Positions 43,679 through 57,042 are shown, counted from the first letter of the stretch. The stretch: DNA of 64,000 nucleotides from Auanema rhodensis (GCA_964057225.1 OZ059895.1:7998001-8062000), one strand, 5' to 3'. A program made the numbers and translations. The notes: a model not told the origin generated them from the letters alone.

Positions 43679-45672
43679 TATATATAATAAAGAAACTAAA
43701 AAATATTCATAAAAAAATAAATAAATAAATATATATTTAATTTTTCTAAATAAAAATATAAACGGAAATTTAAGATTAGCAACTTAAATACTTATAATAA
43801 ATAAATATTCGTTATTTTCAACATAATTTTTATCATTTTATATAAATTATGTGAATAATACAAAGATTACAATTTTAAAAGATGACAAATGCGATCAGAT
43901 CAACTCATTACGGATGAACATTACTAAGCATTTAAGCATTATAACGAATCTAATGTTCATAGATTATATATTGATGCTCATATGAAATATAACAAAATAA
44001 ATATTTTAAATATTTTGAAAGAAGAAGTACTAAAAAATATTTAGATGATTTCATTTCATGCTCATTGTATACACAAGATTCATGTAGTTTATAAGTACTT
44101 GTTCTACGTGAATACATATATATATATTTATATAATTATTATTAATGATATTGTTGATTAATATTGAAACAATTTAATTAACTAATATGATAAATTGTGT
44201 TAAAATAATGGAAAAAAAAAGAAAAAAATCAATGTCGTACTGAATGTTAGTTTGCTCGATTTATTTATATTGTCATTTTGAGGGAGACAAGCTGATTTTC
44301 TTCATTCATACTTAAATTTTAATAAAAATATAATTATGTTTAAAACATTATCTATGAAATGAACAATATTCCAAATAAATTTGTTATAAAAATGAGTCAC
44401 ATTAAATCTCTGAGATGATGATGATTAGAGATATTGATTACAAGAATATTAAATGCTTTTACTTTCATTTATAACATTTATTTGCTAAAAAAAAAAGTCA
44501 AGCAGTTGGTTATTCTATTGAAACATATAATTTTCTATAAAATTAATAATAACTATTGTATAACAAGAATTACGATTGAAGGTTTATATAATTTATTTGA
44601 AATCTATCAACTTTGTTCTCACTCTCTTTCTCTCCTTTTTTTTTCTTTTCAGTTATTCCAATTGTTTGATAAATGCTTGTCAATATAATATATACATAAA
44701 TGTATATGTGTATACATCATCATTCAAACATCTATACTTCTGCAAAAAAAAGTGTATGTCTTCTATACTATGTCGCATGATTTCAATAAAACAATTATCA
44801 AATTATTTTAAGCTATATTGAAAGAAGGCAACATACAAGATAACAAATTATTTCTATAAGTCTTATTAAATTAAAAAGAAAATTACATCAAAGTGAATGA
44901 AACTGATGAGTGCGAAACGTGAAAATGTTTAAATAGAATTTGTGTATAATTGAAATTAACAAGTTAAATACAAAAACAGAAGTCCTGTTGAATATTTCAT
45001 TATCAGTATAGTTGCAAAATTTTCAGTGCAAAAATTATTTTAAATATCTGGAGCTTACTATATTCATGATAACGACAGAGTCATTATCCATATTTTGCTA
45101 AAACAACGACCAGTTCTCATGATGGGGATTCGTACAAATTATCATCATTTAATTTTACAGAAAAAAAACAAAATTGATTGGTAAAAAGACAAAATAAGAA
45201 AAATAAAATATATTTATAAGGCTAAAAACACAAATTTTTTATTAGATGTTTCTTTCTTTTTTTTTTCACTAAAAGCGAGAACACTATTATGAAAAATTGA
45301 TGGGGAACAGAACAATTACTAGTTAACAAGATAAGAAAGGACAAAAAAAAACGAATCAAAATCAAAAATCATATTCATATACATACATACGTAGACATAT
45401 AAGAAAGCAACATAAAAGTGGGTTATACAATGACATTGAGAGTTGAGAGAATGAGAGCAACATGAAGATGAACAGGAGAAAGAAAAACAGTAAAGAAGCC
45501 GAAGAAATCAAATTATCAGCCTGAGAATATCAATGTTAAAATTGTAATTCAAATAGATTAAAAGAATGTTTTCATAATCTATACATATAGAAAATCATAT
45601 ACTATCTTCTATACTTCCTCTTATTTGATTTCTTTTCGAAACAGATTATTTAATAATAATCATAACGTTTCA

Positions 45673-46455
45673 TCATCGAAAGATTAACGTAGAATTGGTT
45701 GGAAGAACTTGATGTTGCTCATGTTGTTGCTGTTGTTGAAGTTGTAGCTGTTGCTGATAAAGAGACTGTTGATACTGACTAAAGCTCCTGCTCATCACAA
45801 GTACGAAAGCAGTAAGCAGGATAACAGCACAAAACATTTTTGATACTGTCGTTAAGGTTGTGTTATTATAAAAATCATTTAACGGTTTAGATGAATCACT
45901 CTCAATTGAATTATTTCCAAAAGCCAATCTAAAATGTATATAGAAAGTCAATCATCAAAAAAGAAACTAATATATTATTATATTACAAAGTACTTCAAAA
46001 TGAAAGTCTTTATCAATGATCAAGAAGATTTATTTGAGCTGCTATCGATTTTTACACAAATGAATATGCAAAACATACTGTCGAGTAGATGATTGTTGGT
46101 ATATTGTGGGTTGAATCTGAAAATTGTTCTATTAAATTATGAGAAGTATGATATTTGAATAAGAAAGTATGTATCTGATACATTCATACATGCATATATG
46201 GTTAGCATATTATAACAATTTCAAAATATCACATTTTAAGATGTCATCAATCTTAATTCAGTACAGACAATAATATGATGTTAAGTGCAATTTTCTAGTA
46301 AAACGTAAAACATTTGCATATTCTAGACTAATGGACAATGAACGCTTGTTCATACTCTCATTTACGCCTGCTTATTACGTGTGAAACGGTTGAACATACG
46401 TGAAGCAAAGTTACTATATAATATTTCCTAATATATTAAACATATGAATATTTAA

Positions 46456-46486
<31 letters not shown>

Positions 46487-47287
46487 TATATACTTTTTTT
46501 TATACTTTTGTTATAACATATGTAGAAAGAAAGCTTATCCTACAGTAATTAGCAAATTGAGTTATTAAATGATAAGCTGATTGTTTATAATTATTACTAT
46601 TAGATCCATTTTTTTCATCGATAAACTGCTTTCGAACGTAAAATAGTATAGCCAAATGTTTTTTTCCTTGTCAAAACATTAAAAATATGTCATTTGATAA
46701 ATTTAGACTGAAGAATTTATAGAGGCAGTCATAAATTGACTGGCTGTTTCATTTGGAGACACTAGGAATAACTAATAACTTTTTCGTGATAGCCGGAAAC
46801 CTCAGTCTATACTAGTTTGAAGTCGATACGAAGAATTATGACGTTTCGAAAGAGCATACGGAAGATTTCCAATATTCATAATTATTTTAAATTCTAGTTC
46901 ATATGAATACCCAAAGTCAGCTATAAGATTTTAACATTTTAAGTGAACTCACCGTTATATTACTAAATCCGGTTCCTCTCCCAGTTTCAATAGAACAATC
47001 ATTCAAAGAGGGTCTGTCAAAGCGTCTTGTCACGATTCCAAATATCTGAGACCAAATATGGCTTTGTCGTCTCTGATAGATTTGATATAAGCAGATAGCC
47101 CATTAGGTTAAAGTGAAATAACTACGTGCAGTTCTTTCAACAGATTCCAAATGGTTAAACTAGCTACTTGACTACCAGAAAATAAATAAAAAAAACTTAC
47201 CTTAGCTGCTTTAGTAACTAAAACACCAACACGATTTGAGCTAGTTGATGGATCACAATCAATATCCGAAGGAGAAATTTTATTCAT
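45673..47287 (-). CDS. Orphan ~165-aa single-pass membrane protein with a Gln-rich tail (4 exons)
   Basis: MNKISPSDIDCDPSTSSNRVGVLVTKAAK|RRQSHIWSQIFG...FSNIT|IQPTIYQQSSTRQ|LAFGNN...MFCAVILLTAFVLVMS...QQQLQLQQQQQH. Donors are GTAAGT, GTGAGT and GTATGT, with consistent phases. Confidence 0.6.
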
Positions 47288-48236
47288 ATCTACAATAAAT
47301 ATGAAATAGTTAGTAGAGTCAAAATAAAACGATATACACGATTAGAAAATACGCTTCTGGAGAAAAAAGTTAGCTTTAATTAAAGGAGATGTAGCAGTAG
47401 TCCGTTATCTATTTGTCTTCAATCCTTATATTTTAGGAGAAAATGAGGAAATATCTAGTAAACAGATTAAAGCAGGAAATGGACCAATGCAATCTGGCTC
47501 ATCTGACTATGCTCTATCTACGACTTTAACAACACATTATGTATGTTCATGTCTTGAATTCCTTAAGAGAATTCGATTGAAAAAATTAATATTGAAATTA
47601 AAACCATATAGCAAAATCTAAATCTAATTTTTAAATATTAGGGGAAATATATGTAATATCTTGAAGGAATAAAAAGTGCATGATAAGTTGAAGATAGCTG
47701 TTGGGCTATGAGATAGTAGGCCCAACCAAATAAGACTTGCTTCCAGCTGGAGGAACTACATCATAATGCGACATTTTATACTTAGGCGGAGAGGGTGGAA
47801 CAAATAATATAATAATAAAGTTATACTAAACTTTATGAATACGTTCAACTAACAACCGTGTTTCATAAGGAAAAACTGCCAAGTGCGCAAACTCATAAAC
47901 ACCTAGCATCGCGTGAGAAATAAAGAAATTATAAATGATATATATGTATATATATATATATTTATATATATATGTATATATATCAATCATCTCAAGGATG
48001 ACGATGGAAGATCAGAAATTAACTTAATTATAGGAAAATAAAAAGAAACAAATAAGATAAAAAATTTATCTTTAAGATATTATAAAGGAAATCAACAATC
48101 ATTAGAATAGAAATTAATAAATTAAACATACCCCTAAAATCCAACAAAATCACAAAAAAAATCATTTTCAAACGCTTTGGTTTAAGTAACCATGGCGGGT
48201 ATGAATTGGCAAACAAACTCAAATACGAAACTTGCT

Positions 48237-48915
48237 TTACTTCTTCTTCTTATTCTTCTTTCCAGCACCTGAAGAGCCAGCAGCCTAAAATGTGGTTTTG
48301 AATTTCATATCTTCAAAATTAAAAATATTTACCTGTGGAGCAACATATCCCGGTTGTCGTGTTTTTAGCTTAGGAATCATGTCGGCAACATATTTGAATA
48401 TTGATGCTCCTGAAACATAGATTTTATTATTAAGAAAAGACAGAAATTCACAGAAAAAAATGTAAAAATGCATAATAAAATAAGACTAAAGTTTTAAAAA
48501 AAATAAACAGGATAACAAACTTGTAGGATATTCTTTATGCTTGGGCGTTCCATCATCATTTTTTAGCTGAATACGAATTCTCCCTTGACTATCTGGCTCA
48601 CGATCCTGGTCTCGAGAATACATCTTATGACGCTTAAGAAGAAAAGAAAATTTAAAATTTAAGTGATATTCCATACCTCCAAGACAGGGTTAAAACCTCC
48701 TGCTGCTAAAACATCATTTATTTCAATACATGTTGGTTTATCAACCGCCTAAAATAATTACTATATGAAAACCTGATATATGAATTTCAAACCTGGGGCT
48801 TGGGGATTTTTCTACCTTCTTGTAAAGTTTTTCCTGAGTCTATATAAGCAGGATAAATTACAACCCATCGCTTCATATCCGAATAGGCCCCGGCTTCTTT
48901 TAAAATGGTCCCCAT
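48237..48915 (-). CDS. SRP19: Signal recognition particle 19 kDa protein
   Basis: RWVVIYPAYIDSGKTLQEGRKIPK, AVDKPTCIEI, KMYSRD..GRIRIQLKNDDG, YVADMIPKLKTR, and a C-terminal GKKNKKKK. Confidence 0.97.
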
Positions 48916-49553
48916 ATTCTAAAGTATATGTAATTTAAAAATTAAGTTGGTACAATGTTTTTATTTTTTCAATATTAAGAAAAAAACAATAATGGATATC
49001 TGTGTATATAAACTTTTAAAAATAAAAATAGATTGCAGACTGCTACTCGAGGTGATACATGTCTCATTGACGCTCAGGGCACGGTCCTTTGTAAACAACA
49101 TGCACCCCCATTTATTTAATATTTGGAACCACATCGCGGACCAAATATCGAAATAATACCATTTCCTGCTTAACAAACAAATGAGAGTGAGAGAATATTC
49201 ATTGTAATATCTAAGAGGCATTCAAAGAACTATATTTTAAAACAGGAGGCTAAATGAACTATAGAAAAATATTTTACAATGTAATATGCTTGACTAAACG
49301 GTCTCATATGATATTAACAATATAAAATCTAAATAATCAGTAGAATTACATCAATGTAAGTTCCCGCATCACATATAATGACTAATAATCGCCTAATATG
49401 GAAAAAAATTAGTTTTAAAAAATTTGAAAATATGGCAACACAAGAAGCATCTTAGATGACATGAAAGGATAAGAGCAATCTCGAAACTATCAAAGAGAAG
49501 CTATATAAATTCATCATATGAACATCGTATGAACATCGTATGTTGGGTTAAAC

Positions 49554-50735
49554 CTAATTTTGAATGATACTCTCTTCAGTGCGCTTCATTAAGTCAAGAC
49601 AAGCAGCTGAATATTCATCGGGATGAGATAATACGTGTTTAACATGTTCTGTATCAGAGAAAACTAAGGATTTGACATCTTTACCTCGATTTTTTTCGTT
49701 TTCTAAAAACCGGGTTATGTATCTGTAATTAAACAGTTTTAAAAAATTGAATAGCTAAAAGTTATTACTTGTGTCTAACCATATGATCTGCTTCCGAAAA
49801 AATATATAGTTGAGGACCAGGCAAATTAACGTATGTTTGTAGATAGTAAAATTGAGATAAATGTGCACGAATAGGTGGATACACATAGCAGAGAGGGTGA
49901 GCCTCAATTAAATGCTTTCAATTTGAAATTAAATTAAAAAATACCACAAAATTTCGAAGTTTATACATTGTTTTAATATATTTTCGTCGTATTTCTTGAT
50001 CGATCCAATCTAAGCCTTCCAGTGGAGGAGTAGATTGTACTACGGCGTGGGAACAAGGTCCAGCTTGTGTTATTCCCGGAGCACTAAATTTATTTCTTCG
50101 ATAAAAAAAAATTACTGTAAAAACCTGTCAAAAACTACACCCTTGATTCTACTACGTAATTCTTCACGTTGTTCGGCCTCAGTCCATTTCCACAACGATA
50201 TTAAAGCTCGTACCCCATTCATGGAAAATATATGAGCAACGATCGGACTAAACATTGAAAAATTCAAAAAATGACTTTAAAATTTCAAGTTTATACCATC
50301 TATCAAAGCTTCGAAAATCTCCCGGTTTGGCATCAATTGCTCGAAAAAGTGGTGACATGTAAAAGCCGTACCGAGAATTTGGGATGCGATAATGATAACA
50401 AGGAGATGAAAAAGATACTGTCCGATATCTAAAATAAACTTAATTTGCCTCATACTCATTATATATTTACCCCTGATCGTTGTAAATTTTCGCATATCTC
50501 TCCATGTATGAGTACCGAGCTCCAGCCCATCCTAGGAGGAGTACAACGGGCTTATTTTTATCAACTTCAGCTGGTGTACCTGAAGAAGTTTTACATTGCA
50601 ATATATAGTCTCAATTGGAAAACCGTCAGCATTCGTTGGATTTCCTACCAACAGACGTGGTTCAAAAACATGACGACTGAAGAAATTTCTTTGTTGAACC
50701 AACCAAAGATTTGAGAGAATCACCCTTTTCGACAT
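49554..50735 (-). CDS. TMEM53/DUF829 alpha/beta-hydrolase-like protein
   Basis: PVVLLLGWAGARYSYMERYAKIY, AHIFSMNG, KGVVFDSAPG, QLYIFSEADHMV, FSDTEHVKHVLSHPDEY. Confidence 0.88.
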
Positions 50736-50910
50736 CTGAAGTTGACAAGGATAATATTCATTACAACTCAACGAGAGAAAATAATGTGGATAAAAACCTC
50801 AAACTACTAATTACAAATAAAAACAACATGTTATTACAACAACATTGAAATAAATTACAAGAATCTATATCACGAAGCTCGCAGAGATCAAATTAAAATG
50901 TTCAAAACAA

Positions 50911-53900
50911 TTAATCTAAAATAATAATATCATCATCAAAATCTTCTTGTGACGTATGCGCAGCATCGACACTATTAGAGGATATGGTTTGGACTTGAGT
51001 GTTTGAGTTAAATTCTACAGAAGCATGATTATGAACAACAGCTATAGATTGTTTATATGAAGATGTTGATGAAGCAATTATTTCATTTGCTCTTGGTTCT
51101 CGTTTCATAGAGTGCACATTAAGAACACACTTTTGGGGAGGTGAAGCAGGTTTTCTATTATTATTATCTATATTGCTTCCAGACCTTGAATTAATTAAAG
51201 GTTGAGATGAGCTTTCCATTGATAGCGCTAAATTTTTACATACTTTAGAAGGAACCGGTGAAACAGGAATTGTGTTGGAAAGAATTTGATTATTAGGTTG
51301 AGCTTGAGCTTTGCAGGAAGAAAAATCTATTTTATTCGACTCTTCGCCTCTGGCGCATCCGGGTTCATTTAGAGTTTCGATATTTTCTTTTCTACACTTT
51401 AGCGTTGAACTTTGTAAAGAACTCGACTTTCGCATTATATGACAATCTGAACCGGACTTGGCCATTATATCTGTTACAATCATGCTGGTTTGATCAGGTG
51501 AACTAGAGATGGACGAACACTTCGAAGAGACTGCTGGATCATTTAATTTTTGTTTTTTTTCTGAATATTAATGATAAAGATGCTAAAGCATATTGACCTA
51601 ACTTTCTGGTTCATCGTCAGACTCACTATCTAAATCGATTAATGCTACATCATGAGTGAAATCATGTTTAGATAGCCATTCCTCAATATGTCGAAACCTC
51701 TGAAAGAAATTGTGAAAACGGTTCTTAATAACTTGCTTACAGAGTCTTCTTCTGTTCCTTCAGATCGAGAGAAATTTGAACAATTAGAATAAAGTACTTC
51801 AGGTTCATAATCATCATCATCGTTGTCATTAGCATCTTCATTATCATTATTATCATTACCGGCTTTAATACTTTCAACAGGAACTTTTGTGGGCTCAACT
51901 ACAGGTGGAGGTTCAGAAACCTAAGTAAAACTGATTATTTAATAGCTAGAAAATATTGTAGTACCTCCATAGGTTGTACTGGTACAGAATTTTCTTGAAT
52001 ATTGGAACTTAAATTAGAAGTAGTTGAATGCACCTAAATATATTATTTTCATGAATTTCTACAAATTAGCAGTTACTAATGGTTGATTCAAATCTTTTAA
52101 TGCTTCTTCTTGAAGTTTAATTCTTTGTGCATCGTCGAGGATCTCTGTTTTAACAGAATCTGCCTGTCCACTTTCAACGGAAGACAACTGGGCATTGGAA
52201 TTGGCTATCTTGGAACTAACACAGGACTCATTTTTCGAAGCACAAGGGCCCGAAACATTTAGTACAATGATATCAGAGCTACTATCAGATTGTTGCTCCG
52301 CATCATTGGTTGGCACACATGATTCTTGTTCGAGAGCTGGTGTTATATCTCTTTGAGCTCCAGAAGACGTACATGCCAGAGAAGCAATATTTTTAACAGA
52401 AGTTGCAACTTTCTCAGAATTACTTTCTTTGCTAACTTTCGTTAGTGATTGTAAAATATCCAAAGCCGCTTGATTTACAAGAATTCTTGACAACTCTGAA
52501 AGAATATACTAAAATTTAATTTTGCGAACATATATTACCTTTCAAACCGGATTTATCGGAACTTGAGTAGGATGCATTCATTTCACTTCTAGGTGTTCCA
52601 ATATCGCCGCTTAACTCAAGTTCATCTTCGTCCATGCTATTATTTGCTTCCATAACAGGGATATCTTCTTTTGCTAAAGCTTTTTCAGAAGCGTTTCCGC
52701 CGTCCGCAGCGCTTATTTCGTCAACTAATGTATCAGAAATCATGGGCTCATGGATATTCTCCATTATATTAAGAGCTGGCTCAGAAGAAGCAGGAATGTG
52801 TTTAGATTTTGAAGGCGAAGGTTGGGAGACTGGTAAAACATGTTCAACAACAGCAGATTTAATCCCAGAAGTTGTAGGTACAGCTTGTGAAGCATTACTT
52901 GTAGACAATATCGGTGCAAGGGCAGTTTCAGAAGGCTCAGGCATACATTGACAAGCTTTAGGTGTAGACTTAGATGTATTCGGTGAAATATCAATAGTTT
53001 TGTCTATAGGCTCAGATTCTTTCATTACAGTTTTAGAAATTTTCGATGCACGTTCAGAAGCTTCCGCTGCAGAGTCAGAAGGCTCAGGTATCAATTCCGT
53101 ATCTTTGATATTACTCAAATTTGTTCTGAGGTTCTCATTAGCAGATGAGTTTGCAGAAGCATTATCATATTCTTCTTCATCCTCAACGACAGATTCAAGT
53201 TCATCTTCTTCGTCACATTCGTTAGAATCAATAGATATGGAATCATCTTCCAATGGAGAAGAGAAATCAACACGTTCGCTAACAGACTGAAACAGAAAAA
53301 TATTAATAGAATTCATTTTAAAACTACTTGAACGAATTTTTCTATGGAGCAGCTTTTCGGTATTGTCGTTAGGTTGTTAAGACTAGGAGGTTTGGGTAAT
53401 TCATCAACTTAAATAACAAAATAAAATTTTTAAAAAAATGATTCTACAAGCAATTAACCTCCTTCAGGCATATAATCCATATATTGATTCAAATTAGCTT
53501 CATAAGTCACATCTCGAATTGTTTTACTGACAACTGCTGATATATGAGTAATGAAACTCGCTAAGAAAGAAAAAGAATTTAATTAAAGTGTTTGTAACAT
53601 ACGAAAAACATAATCATCTCCTGGTGCAGGGATTCGAGTTGATTTCATAGTTATCAATTCTTTATCCCTTAATTCGATGCAAACACGTCTTATTTCCTCA
53701 GGTGTTACAATGCTAAAATAATATTTGTAACTATTTAAATTAATTAGTAACCAACGGCATTCCAGGTCCTCGCTTGCTCGCAATCAGTTGTGTGAGCTTT
53801 TCATCTAAATTTTTATTTCCTGTCTGAGTTATTGGTATTTTTTGTACAAGAGCATTTTTCAAACTGAAAATGTCGAACTATATTACAAGAATAAAATTTA

Positions 53901-54375
53901 ATTCAAACATACACTTTCCTAGCTTCATCTGACACATCCTCGACAGCATCCAGTTTTAACAGCTTCCGCTCTATTTTCAAAATCACTTTTTGAACCTAAA
54001 AAAAGTAATTTTCAAGAATAAAATATTACTGAGGGTTTACCTCGCGTTCTTCGTATAAAAGGTTTTCTTCTTCTTCATCATCATCAAAATTAATTTCCCG
54101 TTCACCTAGCACTTTAGCTCGAGCTCTTAGCTCCTGAACAAATATCATTTTTTTTATATATAAATCATTGTTTTACATTTCTCATTTTAATAAGTTTCAA
54201 AATTTTATTACTATTCGATTTTGTTTGTCTGCATTCCTGTGATGTACGAACAGTAGAAGTGCTTGGTTGATCTGAAAGAGGAAAAATTACACTATATTGG
54301 CTTGTTTTTAAAAATACCATTTTGAGATGTACGTCTACTTGAAGAAGGTAATTCATTAATTTGTGCATTTGCCAT
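50911..54375 (-). CDS. DAXX-like protein: N-terminal histone-binding-domain-like region, long acidic/Ser-rich disordered region, C-terminal SIM
   Basis: The gene model is phase-consistent. KILKLIKMRNELRARAKVLGEREINFDDDEEENLLYEEREVQKVILKIERKLLKL...VQKIPITQTGNKNLDEKLTQLIASKRGP resembles the DAXX HBD, and the protein ends EDFDDDIIILD*. The CDS is confident; the DAXX assignment is by eye. Confidence 0.7.
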
Positions 54376-54846
54376 CTATATTATGCATAAATCAAGAATG
54401 GCAAATAAACTATACAAGCTATATTTAAATCATTAACAAAGTTCGCGTTGGAACAAAAATTTTAGTGAGTAGCATTCGTTTAATTTGAATTTTATCGAAG
54501 TAATCTTTAACATTGGCTAATATATAAATTATATTGAAAAGAATAGTTAGAATATTATAAAAGAACTTTTCCTGTTATTAAACTAGGCGCCAAATATTTG
54601 TATGACATAAGCGGCTGAGTATGAAGTGAGAATATCAAACATTGTATTTAATGACTTCAGATCAACAATGTGGTTTTGAAGAACATTCTCTTAATTTTGT
54701 TTTCGATTGTTTGATAGAACTATAAGCCTGCGAAAACAGTGATTGGCACCATTTTCTAAGAAAAACCACCCAAATGAAACTAAAAAGCTCTCTAGCTACA
54801 CTAAATATTCATATCCTTAGTCATGCCTTGAAAAATCGATTGTAGA

Positions 54847-55389
54847 ATGCTATTGAATAAACGAGTATATAATTGGACGAAAACATTAAGTGGGCGGGGT
54901 TCATTGGTAAGGGTCAATATACCTAGTATTTTCTTCGGCATTGATACATTTTCAACTAAGCGACCCAAAATGGTATGTTATCTGTCCGACCGACTTGTAT
55001 ATTTATAGTTTTCAGAGCCTCACTGCTGAAGAGAGAAAGTCCGAACTTGAGCCTCTCTTGAATCAAGGATGGCAGATGGTGAACGGTCGTGATGCTATTC
55101 AAAAGGTTTTCCTTTTTAAAGATTTTAATGAGGTAGGATAATATTAAAGGATACTTGATAAAAATTTATACTTTAGGCTTTCGGATTCATGTCCCGTATT
55201 GCGTTGAAAGCTGACAAAATGGACCATCACCCAGAATGGTTTAATGTCTATAACAAGGTTTGTAATATCTATATTATTTGAAGTAGATTTTTTGTTCAGG
55301 TTGATATCACTTTGAGCACACATGATGTTAGCGGGTTATCTCAACGAGATATTAAGCTTGCCACATTCATTGAGGAAATCAAGAAATAA
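54847..55389 (+). CDS. pcbd-1: Pterin-4-alpha-carbinolamine dehydratase (PCBD/DCoH), with a possible N-terminal targeting extension and a second in-frame ATG at 54970
   Basis: [90 protein letters not shown]. Confidence 0.95.
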
Positions 55390-55714
55390 TTTTTTGCGGA
55401 TTGAGTTACTACATGCTAAATAAATAACTATTAATGAAACTTTATTCTGCTATTTTCTTTGGTTTTCTTTGGTCAAGGACTTTCCAATGATGGCCTTGCT
55501 ACAATGATATTTTTGTGTATGGTATCACCATCATTATACAAAACGATTGCTAATCAAATTTACGCATCATACGTTTTTATAACTTAAGTTCTGCTATAAT
55601 ACATTAAAGTTTTTATTGCAGAATCATTTTCTGAAAAACAAATTTGATCACGCCAGAATTGGTTGAACACTGAATACTTAAATTCAATAAAATACAAAAT
55701 GTCCTTTGTGTCGC

Positions 55715-55956
55715 TTTAAATATCATTTATTTTCTTATTCTTTTCATAAAAGTTTGCAAAAATGAACCAAATAGTTCCGGTAAACTTCATATTACAATTA
55801 TGAGTTAAAAGCCCTATTATTACTGAATTGAGATCGTTTATCTTTTAGAGCTCATAATCATTGAAAATCAAAAAATATATTTTATTATATGATTTATATA
55901 ATTAGACGGTCAGTTACCCCCTAATTACTTTCAAATTTTTAAATAAAGAAAAACAT
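55715..55956. repeat. 242-bp direct repeat, copy 1 (intergenic)
   Basis: Identical by eye to 59088-59329. Confidence 0.92.
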
Positions 55957-56099
55957 ACTTCTGAATGCTAATTATATGACTTCCATTTAGTTCATGATAT
56001 TAATATTATTCTACCTCATTTTTATCGTTTAGTCATAATTTAATATTCTTACTCAACCTGACTAAGGTTACCTAATCAACTGTATTGATAAGATGGATA

Positions 56100-56172
56100 T
56101 AATTAGCATATTACTGTAACTTTTTTTATTTTGTTTTATTACGCGTCGGTGAACGGTTGAATGTAAAAAGTG
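56100..56172. repeat. ~73-bp diverged direct repeat (partner ~60319-60392)
   Basis: Both copies share taattagcatattactgtaactttttt...gcgt(c/t)ggtgaacggttg(a/c)atgtaaaa. Confidence 0.8.
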
Positions 56173-57042
56173 TCGATTTAGTGACAAAAAACATTTAAAT
56201 ATGGATTATTTTTTCTTCATCACTTGTGATACGTATATGAAACTTATTACATCAATATTTCAAGCATTTTATTTGAAAAATAAAAATAAAATTAGAAAAA
56301 AAATATTATATAAATTACTATAAGTTAATTATAAAGATATAATTAAGGCCGAAAATGATATAAAGAAGAAGAATTTGAATCATAATGATTCTACAACATT
56401 TTACAAGACGTAAAATAGGATAGACTATGAATGTTTCATTGCTTTTCTTCAATTGTTCCGAAATTTCTTTAAAAAAATTCCAGAAATGAAGAATATCAAT
56501 AAAAACACCAAAGTCAAAAGACATTAAGTCAATAATCATTGACTACTACTAAGAGATTGAAAAAAACAGATATATCGAACTTTGATGCCAAACATTAGTT
56601 AAAGTTTGATTACAAACAGTTCAGATATGAACAAACGAAAAAAAGTAGCACGAGAATGCGCTAAAGTTCAAGAAGATTTCAACTATACAGTATAATTCAA
56701 AGTTTCTAAGAATATAAAACTAGGAAGAAAGTGATTATTATAATTTCTGATATATATGTGAGCTAGGACGTTCAATGGGGTGAAACAATTTCAATGAGAA
56801 GTGATACACTGGGAACAATCTAACATATGACTAGACGTTTTCAGATATGAACCGGAGCTACCAGCTTTTCCATTTTTAAGAATCGATATATTAATAAATA
56901 CATATACACATATATGTATAGGGACTATTTCAAATATTGAAATATGTGTTTAGGATACTTTTCTATTAATTACATACAAAATAAATTAACTAAACTTAAG
57001 ATTAAGTTTATTTGATATGGGAAAAGGTGTTGGTATAAAAAC

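Noticed and set aside
52634-53290. + strand ORFs overlapping the DAXX-like gene (likewise 58130-58630 and 59545-59829 over rege-1)
   Set aside because: They are antisense shadows of real coding exons.
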